64,000 nt of DNA, from the NCBI RefSeq assembly GCF_963921235.1, contig NC_086108.1, positions 30,940,001 through 31,004,000 on the forward strand. The letters run 5' to 3'. The notes under the pieces were generated by a model. It ran no database searches and was not told the origin of the DNA. It worked only from the letters and a program-made list of their open reading frames with translations. Shown here in pieces: positions 24,784 through 36,630 of the stretch (position 1 is the first letter of the stretch; every line of letters begins with the position of its first letter). Origin of the DNA: Mobula hypostoma. Its lineage: Eukaryota. Both the position numbers and the translations under genes were made by a program.

Positions 24784-25150
24784 TTTGGACTGAGGGGTCT
24801 GGACTATATACACATATATTTCTCTAATTGTATTTTTACTAATATTCTATAAGACCCTCCATATGTGAGTAGTGGGTCTCTAAGCTGTGATACCATCTAG
24901 CAGATGTCGGGACTGGTCGACACAATCTCTCGGTGGGCTGAGAGATCTGGAATATATACATGCATGTTTTGCGTGATTGTATTTTTACTAATATTCTACA
25001 TGTCCTTCTATATGTGAGGACTGGGCTTCAAAGCCACAGTATCGCCCAGCGAGGGTCGGGGCGTGTTGTCAGATGATTACGGTGGGCTAAGGTGTCTGGA
25101 ATAAATACGTGCATATTCTACATCATTGTATTTTACTGACATTCTGTATG
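24784..25150 (+). repeat. Degenerate tandem repeat, ~149-bp period, ~2.5 units
   Basis: Anchor (g)gtgggct...tctgga.tatatac...attgtattttt actaatattcta recurs at ~24784, 24932 and 25081. Confidence 0.8.
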
Positions 25151-25338
25151 GGTTTGTTGACTTGCATGTTCAAGGACTTATCAAGCCATGGTGTTGCGGG
25201 GTGGAGGGGGGGCGTCATCAGAACTCTTTTATTTCATTTGCAAACACGAGGAATTCTGCAGATGCTGGAAATTCAAGCAACACACATCAAAGTTGCTGGT
25301 GAACGCAGCAGGCCAGGCAGCATCTATAGGAAGAGGTA

Positions 25339-25376
25339 CAGTCGACGTTTCGGGCCGAGACCCTTCGTCAGGACTA
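25339..25376 (-). ncRNA. Minimal hammerhead ribozyme, intact core
   Basis: Reverse complement reads UAGUC CUGACGA A GGGU CUCG GCCC GAAA CG UC GACUG. Confidence 0.78.
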
Positions 25377-25628
25377 ACTGAAAGAAGAGATAGTAAGAGA
25401 TTTGAAAGTGGGAGGGGGAGGGGGAGATCCAAAATGATAGAAGACAGGAGGGAGAGGGATGGAGCCAAGAAGCTGGACAGGTGATTGGCAAAAGGGATAT
25501 GAGAGGATCATGGGCCAATCACCTGTCCAGCTCTTAGCTCCATCCCTCCCCCTCCTGTCTTCTCCTGTCATTTTGGATCTCCCCCTCCCCCTCCCACTTT
25601 CAAATCTCTTACTAGCTCTTCCTTCAGT

Positions 25629-25666
25629 TAGTCCTGACAACGGGTCTTGGTCTGAAACGTCGACTG
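25629..25666 (+). ncRNA. Hammerhead motif with mutated core (CUGACAA), probably inactive
   Basis: tagtc ctgacaa cgggtcttggtct gaaa cgtc gactg. Confidence 0.6.
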
Positions 25667-26214
25667 TACCTCTTCCTAGAGATGCTGCCTGGCCTGCTGC
25701 GTTCACCAGCGACTTTGATGTGTGTTTGTTTTATTTCATTAATGTGTTGGCAATGTGTTTTAGCACCTTGACTCTGTAGTAACGCTGTCTTGCTTGTCTT
25801 TTATTCATGAGTATTCATGTATGGTTGAATGACAATTAAATTTGAATTGATCACAGGGAGAACATGCAAACTATATGTAGACAACACAGGTGGTCAGAAT
25901 GTTGGAGATGGGAGACAGTGATGTTAAATATTGCATTGCCATGTGACTCATTTGTTAACTTTTCTGTGCCTAAGTTAAAGGTGTTTATTTGTCCTTCACC
26001 AGAATGAAAATCTAGGCTATGACTCCTGTTAAGTATCGGGAAAGGTGTTATACTTTCAAAGGTGCAGATGAAATGTGATGAAACATCATCTTTGTACACA
26101 CTTTGGAAAGGATATTAAAGATTTCAACAAACTGTTGTGTGAAAGATTAAGGATGGTTATACTTGTTGGTACAAAAAAACTACTGATTATGGAAACAAAA
26201 TTGTAAATTAGATA

Positions 26215-26352
26215 GATATACGGATAGGAAAGGAATGGAGAGTTATGGGCTGAGTGCAGGTTGGTGGGACTAGGTGAGAGTAAGAGTTCAGCACGGACTA
26301 GAAGGGCTGAGATGGCCTGTTTCCGTGCTGTAATTGTTAAATGGTTATATGG
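26215..26352 (+). mobile_element. CR1 3' tail fragment
   Basis: Same 3' UTR as 18090-18224. Confidence 0.85.
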
Positions 26353-27569
26353 TTAAAACAGAAAATGGTGGGAGCAGTCAACAGGTCTGCTGCATCTGTC
26401 GGGAGAAAAACAGAGTTAGCATCTTGGATCAACATTCTTGTGATTTGACAGGTATGTATTCCTCAAACTGCGAAATAATTTATCAGTCATTTGTTTTTGC
26501 AAACTCAATTTCCACTGTTTTCATTCCTACACTGCTGAAGTGTAGAGTTACTGACAAACATTTCTTTGATCTTAAAGCATTTTGGATATCCTGATGTTCA
26601 CCTACAATTATTTCAGTCCAGAAGGAGATCATTCAGAAAAGATTTGACACCATCTGGTGAGAACCAAGCCGTTTCTTTTGTCTGCTGATCCACTGTCCTT
26701 GATCTGTTCTGCAGATCTTTAATTTCTTCAGACCAACAATGTGGTCGGGTTGGAATTGTCTGTACCCCAAATCTACATGGACAGTTGGCCATAACTGTGG
26801 TCTTCAGTGATACACCTGGGTTATCCACACAGAGAACCAAATAATGCTACACATGAGTCAACATTTTGTAAATTCACAAACAGAGAAAGTATCTCTCTCA
26901 CTATGAGTCAATTTAGGACAAGTGGTAATAAAGTCATCAAACATTAATGACACAAAACAGCATGAAGAGTCGCAATAAGGCAACATGCAATTCAAGCAAG
27001 AAGAACTTGATTACTGGAGAGGTAAACCAACTGCTGGAGGAACTCTGTCTTTAGCAGCTTTTCGAGAGTCAAAGGGATGAAGAGATAGTTGACATTCTGG
27101 ATATCATGACTACTACACGGTCCGGATTCAAAATGCTGACTATTCCTTTATCTCCTTAGATGCTGCTTGACCCCACTGAGTTCATCCAGCAGTTTGTAAA
27201 CAGATTCTAGGATCTACGGGATTTGATTCTTAATACCAACAAAATGGTTATCTTTGAAATCTATCGTGCATGTGTCTTCCCACGTTGAAGGACCTCAGTG
27301 TGGCAGGAATTGGAATCACTTTTTTGCAATTGCACAAGGCAACACTGAATTAATGTAGAACATGGAATGGGGTAGCACTGAACAGGCCATTCAGTCCATG
27401 ATGCTGTGGCCATCTAGATGCTAATTCATGCTAAACATCCTCTTCCTGTGTATCATCCATATCCTTTGATTCCCTTCATATCTGTGTGCCTATCTCAAAG
27501 CCTCTTAAACTCCATTAAAACTGGAAAGTGCACCATGGCTCTGATCAGAAAAGTGCACTAATTAAATGA

Positions 27570-28110
27570 CAGAAGGACACAATTGACAGAGAGATCTTGA
27601 AGTCCGAGTTCACAGCTCCTTGAATGTGGGTGAGAAAGTCGATAAGGTGGTTAAAGAAAATGCTTGCCTTTATTAGTTGACGCATTAAGTTCAAGAGTCA
27701 GGAAGTTATGTCACAAAAGTATAAAATTCTGGTTCGGCATTATCTAGAATATTGTATTCAGTTCTGGTCACCCCATTATAGGAAGGATGTGGAGGCTATG
27801 GAGAGGGTGCAGAAAGGGTTATACAAGATGCTTCTGAGAGGCATAGATAGATGAAACAGCTGATAACTTTTTCCAGAATTCAAATGTCAAATGCTTGAGT
27901 GCAGCTTGCATTTTAGATGAGAGGAGAGTGTTCAAAGGAGATGGGTGGGGTAAGTAGTTTTACACAGAGGTTTGTGAGAGCAAGGAATGCACTCCTGTGG
28001 GTGGTGGTGGAGGCAGATATGATAGAGGCATTCAGTAAGCTTTCATGTAGGCAGATAATTATGCAGAAAATAAAGATATATGGTTCATTAGCAGACAGTA
28101 ACAATGGGGT
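27570..28110 (+). mobile_element. Old CR1 3' portion
   Basis: LEYCIQFWSPHYRKDVEAMERVQK encoded at ~27744-27815. Confidence 0.8.
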
Positions 28111-28539
28111 GACATTAGTTTAGCTATCTATCTATGTAGCCATCCAGATGTCTTTTAAGTGTTGTTATTTTACCCATCTCATCTACTTCCTGTCAAAGTC
28201 CTAGCCATTATTTGAACAATCTGTGATCACCAGCCTCTGTTCTTAGGCTCCATCCTAGTATCATGCATCCCATTCACTCCCAGCCTTCCATTCTCCTCTC
28301 CTCCCCAGCTTCAGGTGTCCCTACTCCCTCCCGCCTCTGATCACCTGGCATCAGGCCTGCACCAGCACTCATAACCTTGGGCCCAGCTTTGGCTGTACAT
28401 GTGTTCTCAACTCAAGCCCTTGAGGCCACAGATTGCAGACTTCTGGTTCACAACACCAGCTGGAGCCTGTAAGCCGTAACTCAAATTTCTTCATCTCAGC
28501 TCACGTTCCGTCAGCTCCTGGATTCCTCCTCTCATTAAA

Positions 28540-29100
28540 TCATTGAATCACAGAAAAGGTACAGTGCAGAAATGGACCTTTTTGGCCCATCTTTCCATGT
28601 AAACTGATTGGTATTTGGAATAATTCCATTTACCCACATTAGACATGTATCCCTCAATAATCTTCCTATTCAAGTACTGGGCAAATGCTTTTTAAATGTA
28701 GTAATTGTATTGGCCTCCACCACCTACTCTGGCAGCTCAGTTTAGATATTCACAACAATTCCGTGATAAACATATCCTTCAGGTCACCCTGCCATTTCTC
28801 TCTTCTTACCTTAACTCTGTGCCTTCTTACCCTGGGATAAAGGTTCAGAATATCTATCCTACCTATGCTCCTCTTAATTTTATAAACCTCTATAAAGTCA
28901 CCCCTTCAGCCTCCCAGGTTGCAGTGTGAACAGATACAGCCTATCTAACCTCTCCTCATAACTACAGCCCTGCATTCCAGGCACCATCCTGGTGACTTTG
29001 TGCTCTATTGCTACCACATCCTCTGGTAGTGTGGCAAAGAGAAACACGCATAATACTCCAAGTGCAATGTAACTAACGTCTGTACAGCTGCCACATCCTG
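28540..29100 (-). mobile_element. Old CR1 3' portion
   Basis: Antisense CR1 blocks (ttttataaacctctataaagtcacccc, ccaggcaccatcctggtga). Confidence 0.65.
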
Positions 29101-29239
29101 TTCTTTCCCTTTAGCTTTCAATCTGATTTTCCTTTCAAAGTAGCTATCCGATTCCCATGTCAACATTAATTTCAGTGTGCTTCCACCATATTTGGTACCT
29201 GTACCCCAGCTTGTAATAATTTGTGGGAAAACATGAAGT

Positions 29240-31700
29240 TCTCATATATGATCCTGATTGTAGCCTATAGACCACCAGCAGCCATCTATAAGAAAGCATT
29301 TGCGACTCTGCACAATGTCATCTGTTGGCAAAGAACAGCACACCCTGACGCATTTCAAATTATAGTCAGTGACTTTAACCAGGTCTGTTTGAAGAAAACC
29401 CAACCCAGTTATCACCAGTATATAACCTATAGAACCAGAGGTCCCAACACACTGGACCACTGCTACACTATGATGATGAATGCTATTAGACTGCATTTTG
29501 ATTGTCCTCCTTCTACAAGCATACAGACAGAGCCTAAAAAAGCAAAGCCCCAGAGATTAAGACACCAAGAGGTTGTCTAACGAAAGACAGACTAATAATT
29601 GCAGGATTGCTTTGAGTTGGTGGACTGGGCCATGTTCAAACACTCATCTGAGGATCTGAATGACTAGACCAGGGTTGTAAGAGACTTTATAAAACAGCTG
29701 TAGATGAGTGTGTCCCCACAAAATCATCAGGGTCTTCCCCATTCAGCAGCCCTAGATGAAACATGAAATCTGGAATTTACTGAGGGCCAGATCAGTCTGG
29801 AGATCAAGAATACTACAAAAGGTACAGGTATGATCTCCAGAAAGCCAGCTCATGGGTGAAATGGAGATTCCGGACCAGAATGGAATCAACGAAGGATATT
29901 CGAGAACTGTGGCAGAGTCTACAGGCCATAACCTCCTACAAAGTTAAATCAAGCAACATGAGGGACAGCAGAGCTTCGTTTCCAGATGAGCTCAATGCCT
30001 TCTATGCTTGTTTTGACCACCAGAACATGAAAGAATTATTGTATACCCCCACATCTCCCAATGATCTTTTGGTCTCAGTATCTGAAAATGACGTGCGGGT
30101 TACCATCAAGAGGGTGAAACCAAGGAATGTATTTGGTCCAGACAGAGTACCTGGCTGATTACTGAAGACCTGTGCTGACCAGCTGGCTGGTGTGTTCACA
30201 GATATCTTCAACTTCTCACTTCTGCAGTGTGTGGAACATAACTGCTTAAAGCAGGCTTCAGTCATACCGGTGCCCAAGAAGACCATGGTAATCTGCCTCA
30301 ATGACTTTCACCCAGTGGTTCTTACATCCACAGCGATGAAATGTTTTGAGAGCTGACTTGGATCTACTCCAATTTGCCTACTGGAGCAATAGGTCCACAG
30401 CAGATGCCATCTCATTGGCACTTCACATAAACCTGGAACATCTGAGCAGCAAAGATGCATACATCAGATTGGTCTTTATTGATTACAGCTCAGCATTGAA
30501 TGCACTCAATCCCTCAAAACAAATCAGTAAACTCCAAGACCTGGACTTCAATATCCCCTTGTAAAATTGGATCCTGGATTTCCTTACTTGCAGACCCCAG
30601 TCAGACTGGACTGGCAAAAAATCTACTCCATAATCTCCATCAGCATAGGTGCACCACAGCGCTGTGTGCTTAGCACCCTGCTGTACTCAATTTACACCTA
30701 TGTCCGTGTGTCTAAGTACACCTCCAGCACCATATACAAGTTTGCTGGTGACACCACTGTTGTGGGCTGTATCAAAGGGGATGATGAATCAGCATACAGG
30801 AGAGAGATTTAAAATTTGGCTGAGTTGTGTCATAACAACAACCTGTCACTCAATGTCAGCAAGACCAAAGAACCGATTGTAGATCCCAGGAGATGGAAAC
30901 CAGAGGTCCATGAGCCAGTCATTATCAGAGGAGCAAAGGTGGAAAGGGTCAGTAACTTTAAATTCCTGGGTGTCACTATCTCAGAGGAGCTGCCCTGAAC
31001 CCATCATATAAATGTAATTGCAAAGAAAGCATGACAGTGTCTCTACTTCCTTAAGAGCCTGCAGAGATTCAGCATGACAACAAAAACTTTGTTAAACTTC
31101 TATAGATGTGTAGTGGAAAGTGTTTTGATTGGCTACATTACAGCCTGTAATGGGAACACCATTGCCTTTGAATGGGAAATCCTACAAAAGCTAGTGGATT
31201 TGGCCTAGTACATCACAGGTAAAGCCCTCTCAACCATTGAGTACATCTACATGAAACACCATTGTAGGAAAGCAGCATCCATCATCAAAGATCCTCACCA
31301 CCCAGACCACGCTTTTTTCTCACTGCTGCCATCAGGTAGAAGGTACAAGAGCCTCAGGACTCGCACCACCAGGTTCAAGAACTGTTACTACCTCTCAATC
31401 ATTAGGCTCTTGAGCAAAGGAGGATAACTACACTCATCTATTGAGATGTTCCCACAACCTATTATCTCACGTTAAGGACTCTTTATCTTGTTATTTCCTG
31501 CTTATTATATATTGCTACTTATTTATATTTGCATTTGCAGTTTGTTGTCTTCTATGCTCTACTTGAACTTTCATTGATCCTGTTTACAGTTACTATTCTA
31601 TAGATTTGCTGAGTATGCCCACAGGAAAAAGGCATGTGCTGACATGTATGTATTCTGATAATAAATGTTACTTTTTACTTTGAATTTTGAAATTTGAATC
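29240..31700 (+). mobile_element. Long degenerate Rex1/Babar-like LINE (endonuclease end, RT, 3' UTR)
   Basis: TRGPNTLDHCY, DELNAFYACF, LQFAY..NRSTADAI, FIDYSSA, GAPQ.CVLS.LLYS, KFAGDTTVVG, LNVSKTKE, FKFLGV; many stops. Confidence 0.92.
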
Positions 31701-31714
31701 CTTTCCATTTTCAA

Positions 31715-34525
31715 TCACAAACACAAGAAGGTCTGCAAATGCTGGAAATCCAAGCAACACACAAAAAATGCTGGAGGAATTCAGCAGGTCAGGTAGCACT
31801 TATTGAAAAGAATAAACAGTTGACTTTTCAGGCTGAGACCCTTCTTTAGGACTAAGAAGGAAGGGAAAAGATTCCAGAATAAAAAGATGGAAGGAGGGGA
31901 AAGAGGCTAGCTGGTGAAGCAAGGTGAGTGGGAAAGGTCACATGTAGACTGGGTGAACCAAATTGGTAAAGGTGCTGAGGAAGAGGATTTCTTGGAATGT
32001 ATGCGGGATGGTTTTTTGAACCAACATGTCGAGGAACCGACTAGAGAGCAGGCTATTCTGGACTGGGTTTTGAGCAATGAGGAAGGGTTAATTAGCGATC
32101 TTGTCGTGAGAGGCCCCTTGGGTAAGAGTGACCATAATATGGTGGAATTCTTCATTAACATGGAGAGTGACGTAGTTAATTCAGAAACAAAGGTTCTGAA
32201 CTTAAAGAGGGGTAACTTTGAAGGTATGAGACGTGAATTAGCTAAGATAGACTGGCAAATGACACTTCAAGGATTGACGGTGGATATGCAATGGCAGGCA
32301 TTTAAAGGTTGCATGGATGAACTACAACAATTGTTCATCCCAGTTTGGCAAAAGAATAAATCAAGGAAGGTAGTGCACCCGTGGCTGACAAGAGAAATTA
32401 GGGATAGTATCAATTCCAAAGAAGTAGCATACAAATTAGCCAGAGAAAGTGGCTCACCTGAGGACTGGGAGAAATTCAGAGTTCAGCAGAGGAGGACAAA
32501 GGGCTTAATTAGGAAGGGGAAAAAAGATTATGAGAGAAAACTGGCAGAGAACATAAAAACGGACTGTAAAAGCTTTTATAGATATGTAAAAAGGAAAAGA
32601 CTGATAAAGACAAATGTAGGTCCCCTGCAAACAGAAACAGGTGAATTGATTATGGGGAGCAAGGACATGGCAGACCAATTGAATAATTACTTTGGTTCTG
32701 TCTTCACTAAGGAGGACATAAATAATCTTCCAGAAATAGTAAGGGACAGAGGGTCCAGTGAGATGGAGGAACTGAGCGAAATACATGTTAGTAGGGAAGT
32801 GGTGTTAGGTAAATTGAAGGGATTGAAGGCAGATAAATCCCCAGGGCCAGATGGTCTGCATCCCAGAGTGCTTAAGGAAGTGGCCCAAGAAATAGTGGAT
32901 GCATTAGTGATCATTTTTCAAAACTCGTTAGATTCTGGACTAGTTCCTGTGGATTGGAGGGTGGCTAATGTAACCCCACTTTTTAAAAAAGGAGGGAGAG
33001 AGAAACCGGGGAATTATAGGCCGGTTAGCCTAACGTCAGTGGTGGGGAAACTGCTGGAGTCAGTTATCAAGGATGTGATAACAGCACATTTGGAAAGCGG
33101 TGAAATGATCGGACAAAGTCAGCATGGATTTGTGAAAGGAAAATCATGTCTGACGAATCTCATAGAATTTTTTGAGGATGTAACTAGTAGAGTGGATAGG
33201 GGAGAACCAGTGGATGTGGTATATTTGGATTTTCAAAAGGCTTTTGACAAGGTCCCACACAGGAGATTAGTGTGCAAACTTAAAGCACACGGTATTGGGG
33301 GTAAGGTATTGGTGTGGGTGGAGAATTGGTTAGCAGACAGGAAGCAAAGAGTGGGAATAAATGGGACCTTTTCAGAATGGCAGGCAGTGACTAGTGGGGT
33401 ACCGCAAGGCTCAGTGCTGGGACCCCAGTTGTTTACAATATATATTAATGACTTGGATGAGGGAATTAAATGCAGCATCTCCAAGTTTGCGGATGACACA
33501 AAGCTGGGTGGCAGTGTTAGCAGTGAGGAGGATGCTAAGAGGATGCAGGGTGACTTGGATAGGTTGGGTGAGTGGGCAAACTCATGGCAGATGCAATTTA
33601 ATGTGGATAAATGTGAAGTTATCCACTTTGGTGGCAAAAATAGGAAAACAGATTATTATCTGAATGGTGGCCGATTAGGAAAAGGGAAGGTGCAACGAGA
33701 CCTGGGTGTCATTATACACCAGTCATTGAAAGTGGGCATGCAGGTACAGCAGGCGGTGAAAAAGGCGAACGGTATGCTGGCATTTATAGCGAGAGGATTC
33801 GAGTACAGGAGCAGGGAGGTACTACTGCAGTTGTACAAGGCCTTGGTGAGACCACACCTGGAGTATTGTGTGCAGTTTTGGTCCCCTAATCTGAGGAAAG
33901 ACATCTTTGCCATAGAGGGAGTACAAAGAAGGTTCACCAGATTGATTCCTGGGATGGCAGGTCTTTCATATGAAGAAAGACTGGATGAACTGGGCTTGTA
34001 CTCGTTGGAATTTAGAAGATTGAGGGGGGATCTGATTGAAACGTATAAGATCCTAAAGGGATTGGACAGGCTAGATGCGGGAAGATTGTTCCCGATGTTG
34101 GGGAGGTCTAGAACGAGGGGTCACAGTTTGAGGATAGAGGGGAAGCCTTTTAGGACCGAGGTTAGGAAAAACTTCTTCACACAGAGAGTGGTGAATCTGT
34201 GGAATTCTCTGCCACAGCAAACTGTTGAGGCCAGTTCATTAGCTATGTTTAAAAGGAAGTTAGATATGGCCCTTGTGGCTACAGGGGTCAGGGGGTATGG
34301 AGGGAAGGCTGGGTTCTGAGTTGGATGATCAGCCATGATCATAATAAATGGCGGTGCAGGCTCAAAGGGTCGAATGGCCTACTCCTGCACCTATTTTCTA
34401 TGTTTCTATGTTTCTATGTCAAGGGCTGAAGAGGAAAGAATCTGATAGGAGAGGAGAGTGGACCATAGGAGAAAGAGAAGGAGAAGGGGACCCAGGGGAA
34501 GTAATAGGGAGGTTATAAATAAAAA
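31715..34525 (-). mobile_element. Old Penelope terminal repeat (31715-31940 and 34418-34525) split by a young CR1
   Basis: aacacaagaaggtctgcaaatgctggaaatcc start; sequence ...gggaaaggtca | gtcaagggctg... is continuous across the CR1, as in 19165-19260. Confidence 0.85.
31941..34417 (+). mobile_element. Young CR1 LINE, 5'-truncated within the endonuclease; ORF2 uninterrupted for ~790 codons
   Basis: ORF 31914-34319: LDWVL..SDH (APE C-terminus), KSPGPDG, NYRPVSLTS, YLDFQKAFD, GVPQGSVLGP, KFADD; (TTTCTATG)3 tail; GTCA on both flanks. Confidence 0.97.
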
Positions 34526-35521
34526 GTTAGCGTGAGGAATAGAGGGGGAATTATGCTGCCCGACCTTTCCATTATCTCTTTCTTTTGCCATTTAATGTAA
34601 ATGTTCTTTGGTAACTGCCCACTCTTCACTGTTCAATGGGTTCTGTTTCACCTTCTATTGTAAATGAAATCTAATAATGATTTTAGACCCCTCTATTTAA
34701 TGGGGAAATGAGAAGAAAGGCCAAAGTCTAAGTAAGAGAAGAGAAATGTTTGGGCAGGATGCCTATCCTCCACTGAATCCAGAGGCCGACTGTTACCTAT
34801 TGAAGACAGAGCCCTTTGCTTTAGACTAACTTGCCTGTACCTCGGAAGAGTGCAGTGATTGGCAGTTATTTGGCCACCAGCTCTTTCCAGGGAGCTGGAG
34901 TAGACATCAGTCACCCATCACTGTGTACAGAATATCCAATAGCTTCTCTGTCTAAGCAGACCTCATCATCTGACTTGGTGTCAAGCAGCTTCCAGCATGG
35001 ATCCCAGGCAGGATCTCAACCCGAAACATCAACCATCTCTCTGCCTCTGTAGGTGCTGACTGCCTGGCTGAGTACTTCTAGTCCCTCAGTCTCTGCCTCT
35101 TTACCCCCATCTGTACTCTGGTTACTCTGGTCCTCCTGCTTGAGAGCCATGGGAACACTTGTAAATGTTGTGGGGGGGGGGGGTGGTAAACGATAGGTCA
35201 GAAGTGCAAACAGGAGAAGGCAGACAGCGACCTTATCCGGCAAAAACTAGGCACTGTTCCTCCCTGCAACAGATTAGCAGGAGAAAAGACAGAAGAAAAA
35301 GAGGAACTAATGAGAGATCGCACCCCCCCCCCCACCCTCACACCTCTCAAAATGTTGTTTGAAGGTGGGGCGCTTTCTTTCACTCCCCCGAAAAAGAATA
35401 CTGAGTTGTTTGAATATTCCTGGATAGATACAGTTTCTTCATTTCATGATATTTCGTTTTGACAAAGGTTGAGGCCATTTGGCCCATTAGCTCCTTGCCA
35501 GCTTTTAGGGCTCTTTTTGTT

Positions 35522-35738
35522 TTATTCAGCGACGCACCATGGTAACAGGCCCTTCCGATCCAATTACACCCATGTGACCAGTTAACCTGTACATCTTTAG
35601 AATGTGGGTGGAAACCGTAGGACCTGCAGACACGTTCACAGGGAGATCGTACAAACTCCTTACAGACAGAGGCAGAATTGAACCTTGGTCTCTGGTGCTG
35701 TAGAGCGTTAAGCTAACTGCAATGCTATTGTACCACCC
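35522..35738 (-). mobile_element. tRNA-derived V-SINE (HE1-like)
   Basis: Reverse complement shows a tRNA-like head with B box GGTTCAATTC, then V-domain-like gtctgtaaggagtttgtacgatctccctgtg..ggtttccacccacattctaaagatgt and a CR1-like tail. Confidence 0.8.
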
Positions 35739-35824
35739 TAATTTCCCACTGGGATATAGCAATAAGGTAGTATATTTCCTCCTCTACTGATTCTCCTCTG
35801 TCTCCTCTCTTTCTTTCTGCAGAT

Positions 35825-35990
35825 CTGTTCCAGGGAGGAGCCCATTAACTTAGCAAACAACACACCTTTGAGATGTGAGAAGTATCTAGAGTGCCTGGGG
35901 AGATCCCATGCAGCACGAGAGGTTAGGATTGAACACAGCTTGCTGGGGTTAAGAGGCATTACCCCTACCTGCTGGACCACAGTGCTGCTT
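35825..35990 (-). mobile_element. Second, more eroded V-SINE-like remnant
   Basis: cacctttgagatgtgagaagtatctagagtgcctggggagatcccatgc..aggattgaacac. Confidence 0.5.
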
Positions 35991-36019
35991 GATAACTCAG
36001 TGTCAGGATGTGGACATTG

Positions 36020-36630
36020 CAAATCATAAACACGAGAAATTCTGCAGATGCTGGAAATCCAAAGCAACAGGCACAGAATGCTGGAGGAACTCCGCGGGCC
36101 AGGAAGCATCTGTGGAAGTGAATGAACAGCTGACTTTAGGGACTGAGACCCTTTTTCAGAACAGAAAAAGAAGGGGGAAAATGCCAGAGTAAAAAGGTGG
36201 TGGGAAGGGAAGGAGACTACCTGGGAAGTGAGAGGGGAAGCCAGGTGGGTGGGAAAGATAAAGGGCTGGAGAGGAAGAAGAGAGAGAAGAGTAGACCATA
36301 GGAGAAAGGGAAGGAGGTGGGGACCCAGGGGGAAGCATTAGGCAGGTGAGAAGAGGTAAAAAGCCAATAGGTGATAGAGGACGAGGGGAGAGGAAGGGAT
36401 TTTTTTTTACTAGAAATCGATATTCAATTGTTCAATATTCCAATAGTTCCATTTAATATCAGAGGATGTATACAATATGCAACCTGAAATTCTTGTACTT
36501 CACAGACATCCATGAAAACAGAAGATTTTCCAAACAGAATGTCATAAGCTTGGAAGTTACCAGAATATTGGTGTAAGTCCTCCACCCTGAGGGTGGCCTC
36601 ATCTTGGCAGATGAGGAGGCCATGGACCGA
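36020..36630 (-). mobile_element. Older Penelope terminal region with a small foreign insert at ~36425-36535
   Basis: aacacgagaaattctgcagatgctggaaatcc start; SVHGLLICQDEATLRVE on the minus strand. Confidence 0.85.

Larger units (their letters stand above)
25239..25728. mobile_element. Penelope inverted terminal-repeat pair (~210-bp arms) with 12-bp TSD
   Basis: TSD TTTTATTTCATT at 25227-25238 and 25729-25740; arms ~25279-25489 and 25514-25726; 24-nt spacer. Confidence 0.92.

Noticed and set aside
24784..25150. CRISPR-like repeat-spacer array
   Set aside because: Whole units are homologous and degenerate, the context is eukaryotic, and there are no cas genes
25188..25779. Recurrent peptides such as HTSKLLVNAAGQAASIGRG as a small gene family
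   Set aside because: They are translations of the non-coding Penelope terminal repeat, with inconsistent starts and frames
32505..33937. Minus-strand ORFs inside CR1 (also 4032-4526 and 61385-61753)
   Set aside because: Antisense shadows of CR1 ORF2, repeated only because the TE is repeated
31914..34319. 801-aa ORF as a complete or domesticated RT gene
   Set aside because: The start lies in flanking Penelope DNA, the endonuclease N-terminus is missing, and near-identical copies with a LINE tail show it is a young TE
35165..35345. G-run and C-run pair as MITE TIRs
   Set aside because: Complementarity is mostly homopolymer and no TSD is evident
35660..35738. tRNA gene (also 52805-52876)
   Set aside because: A B box is present but there is no intact cloverleaf; these are SINE heads
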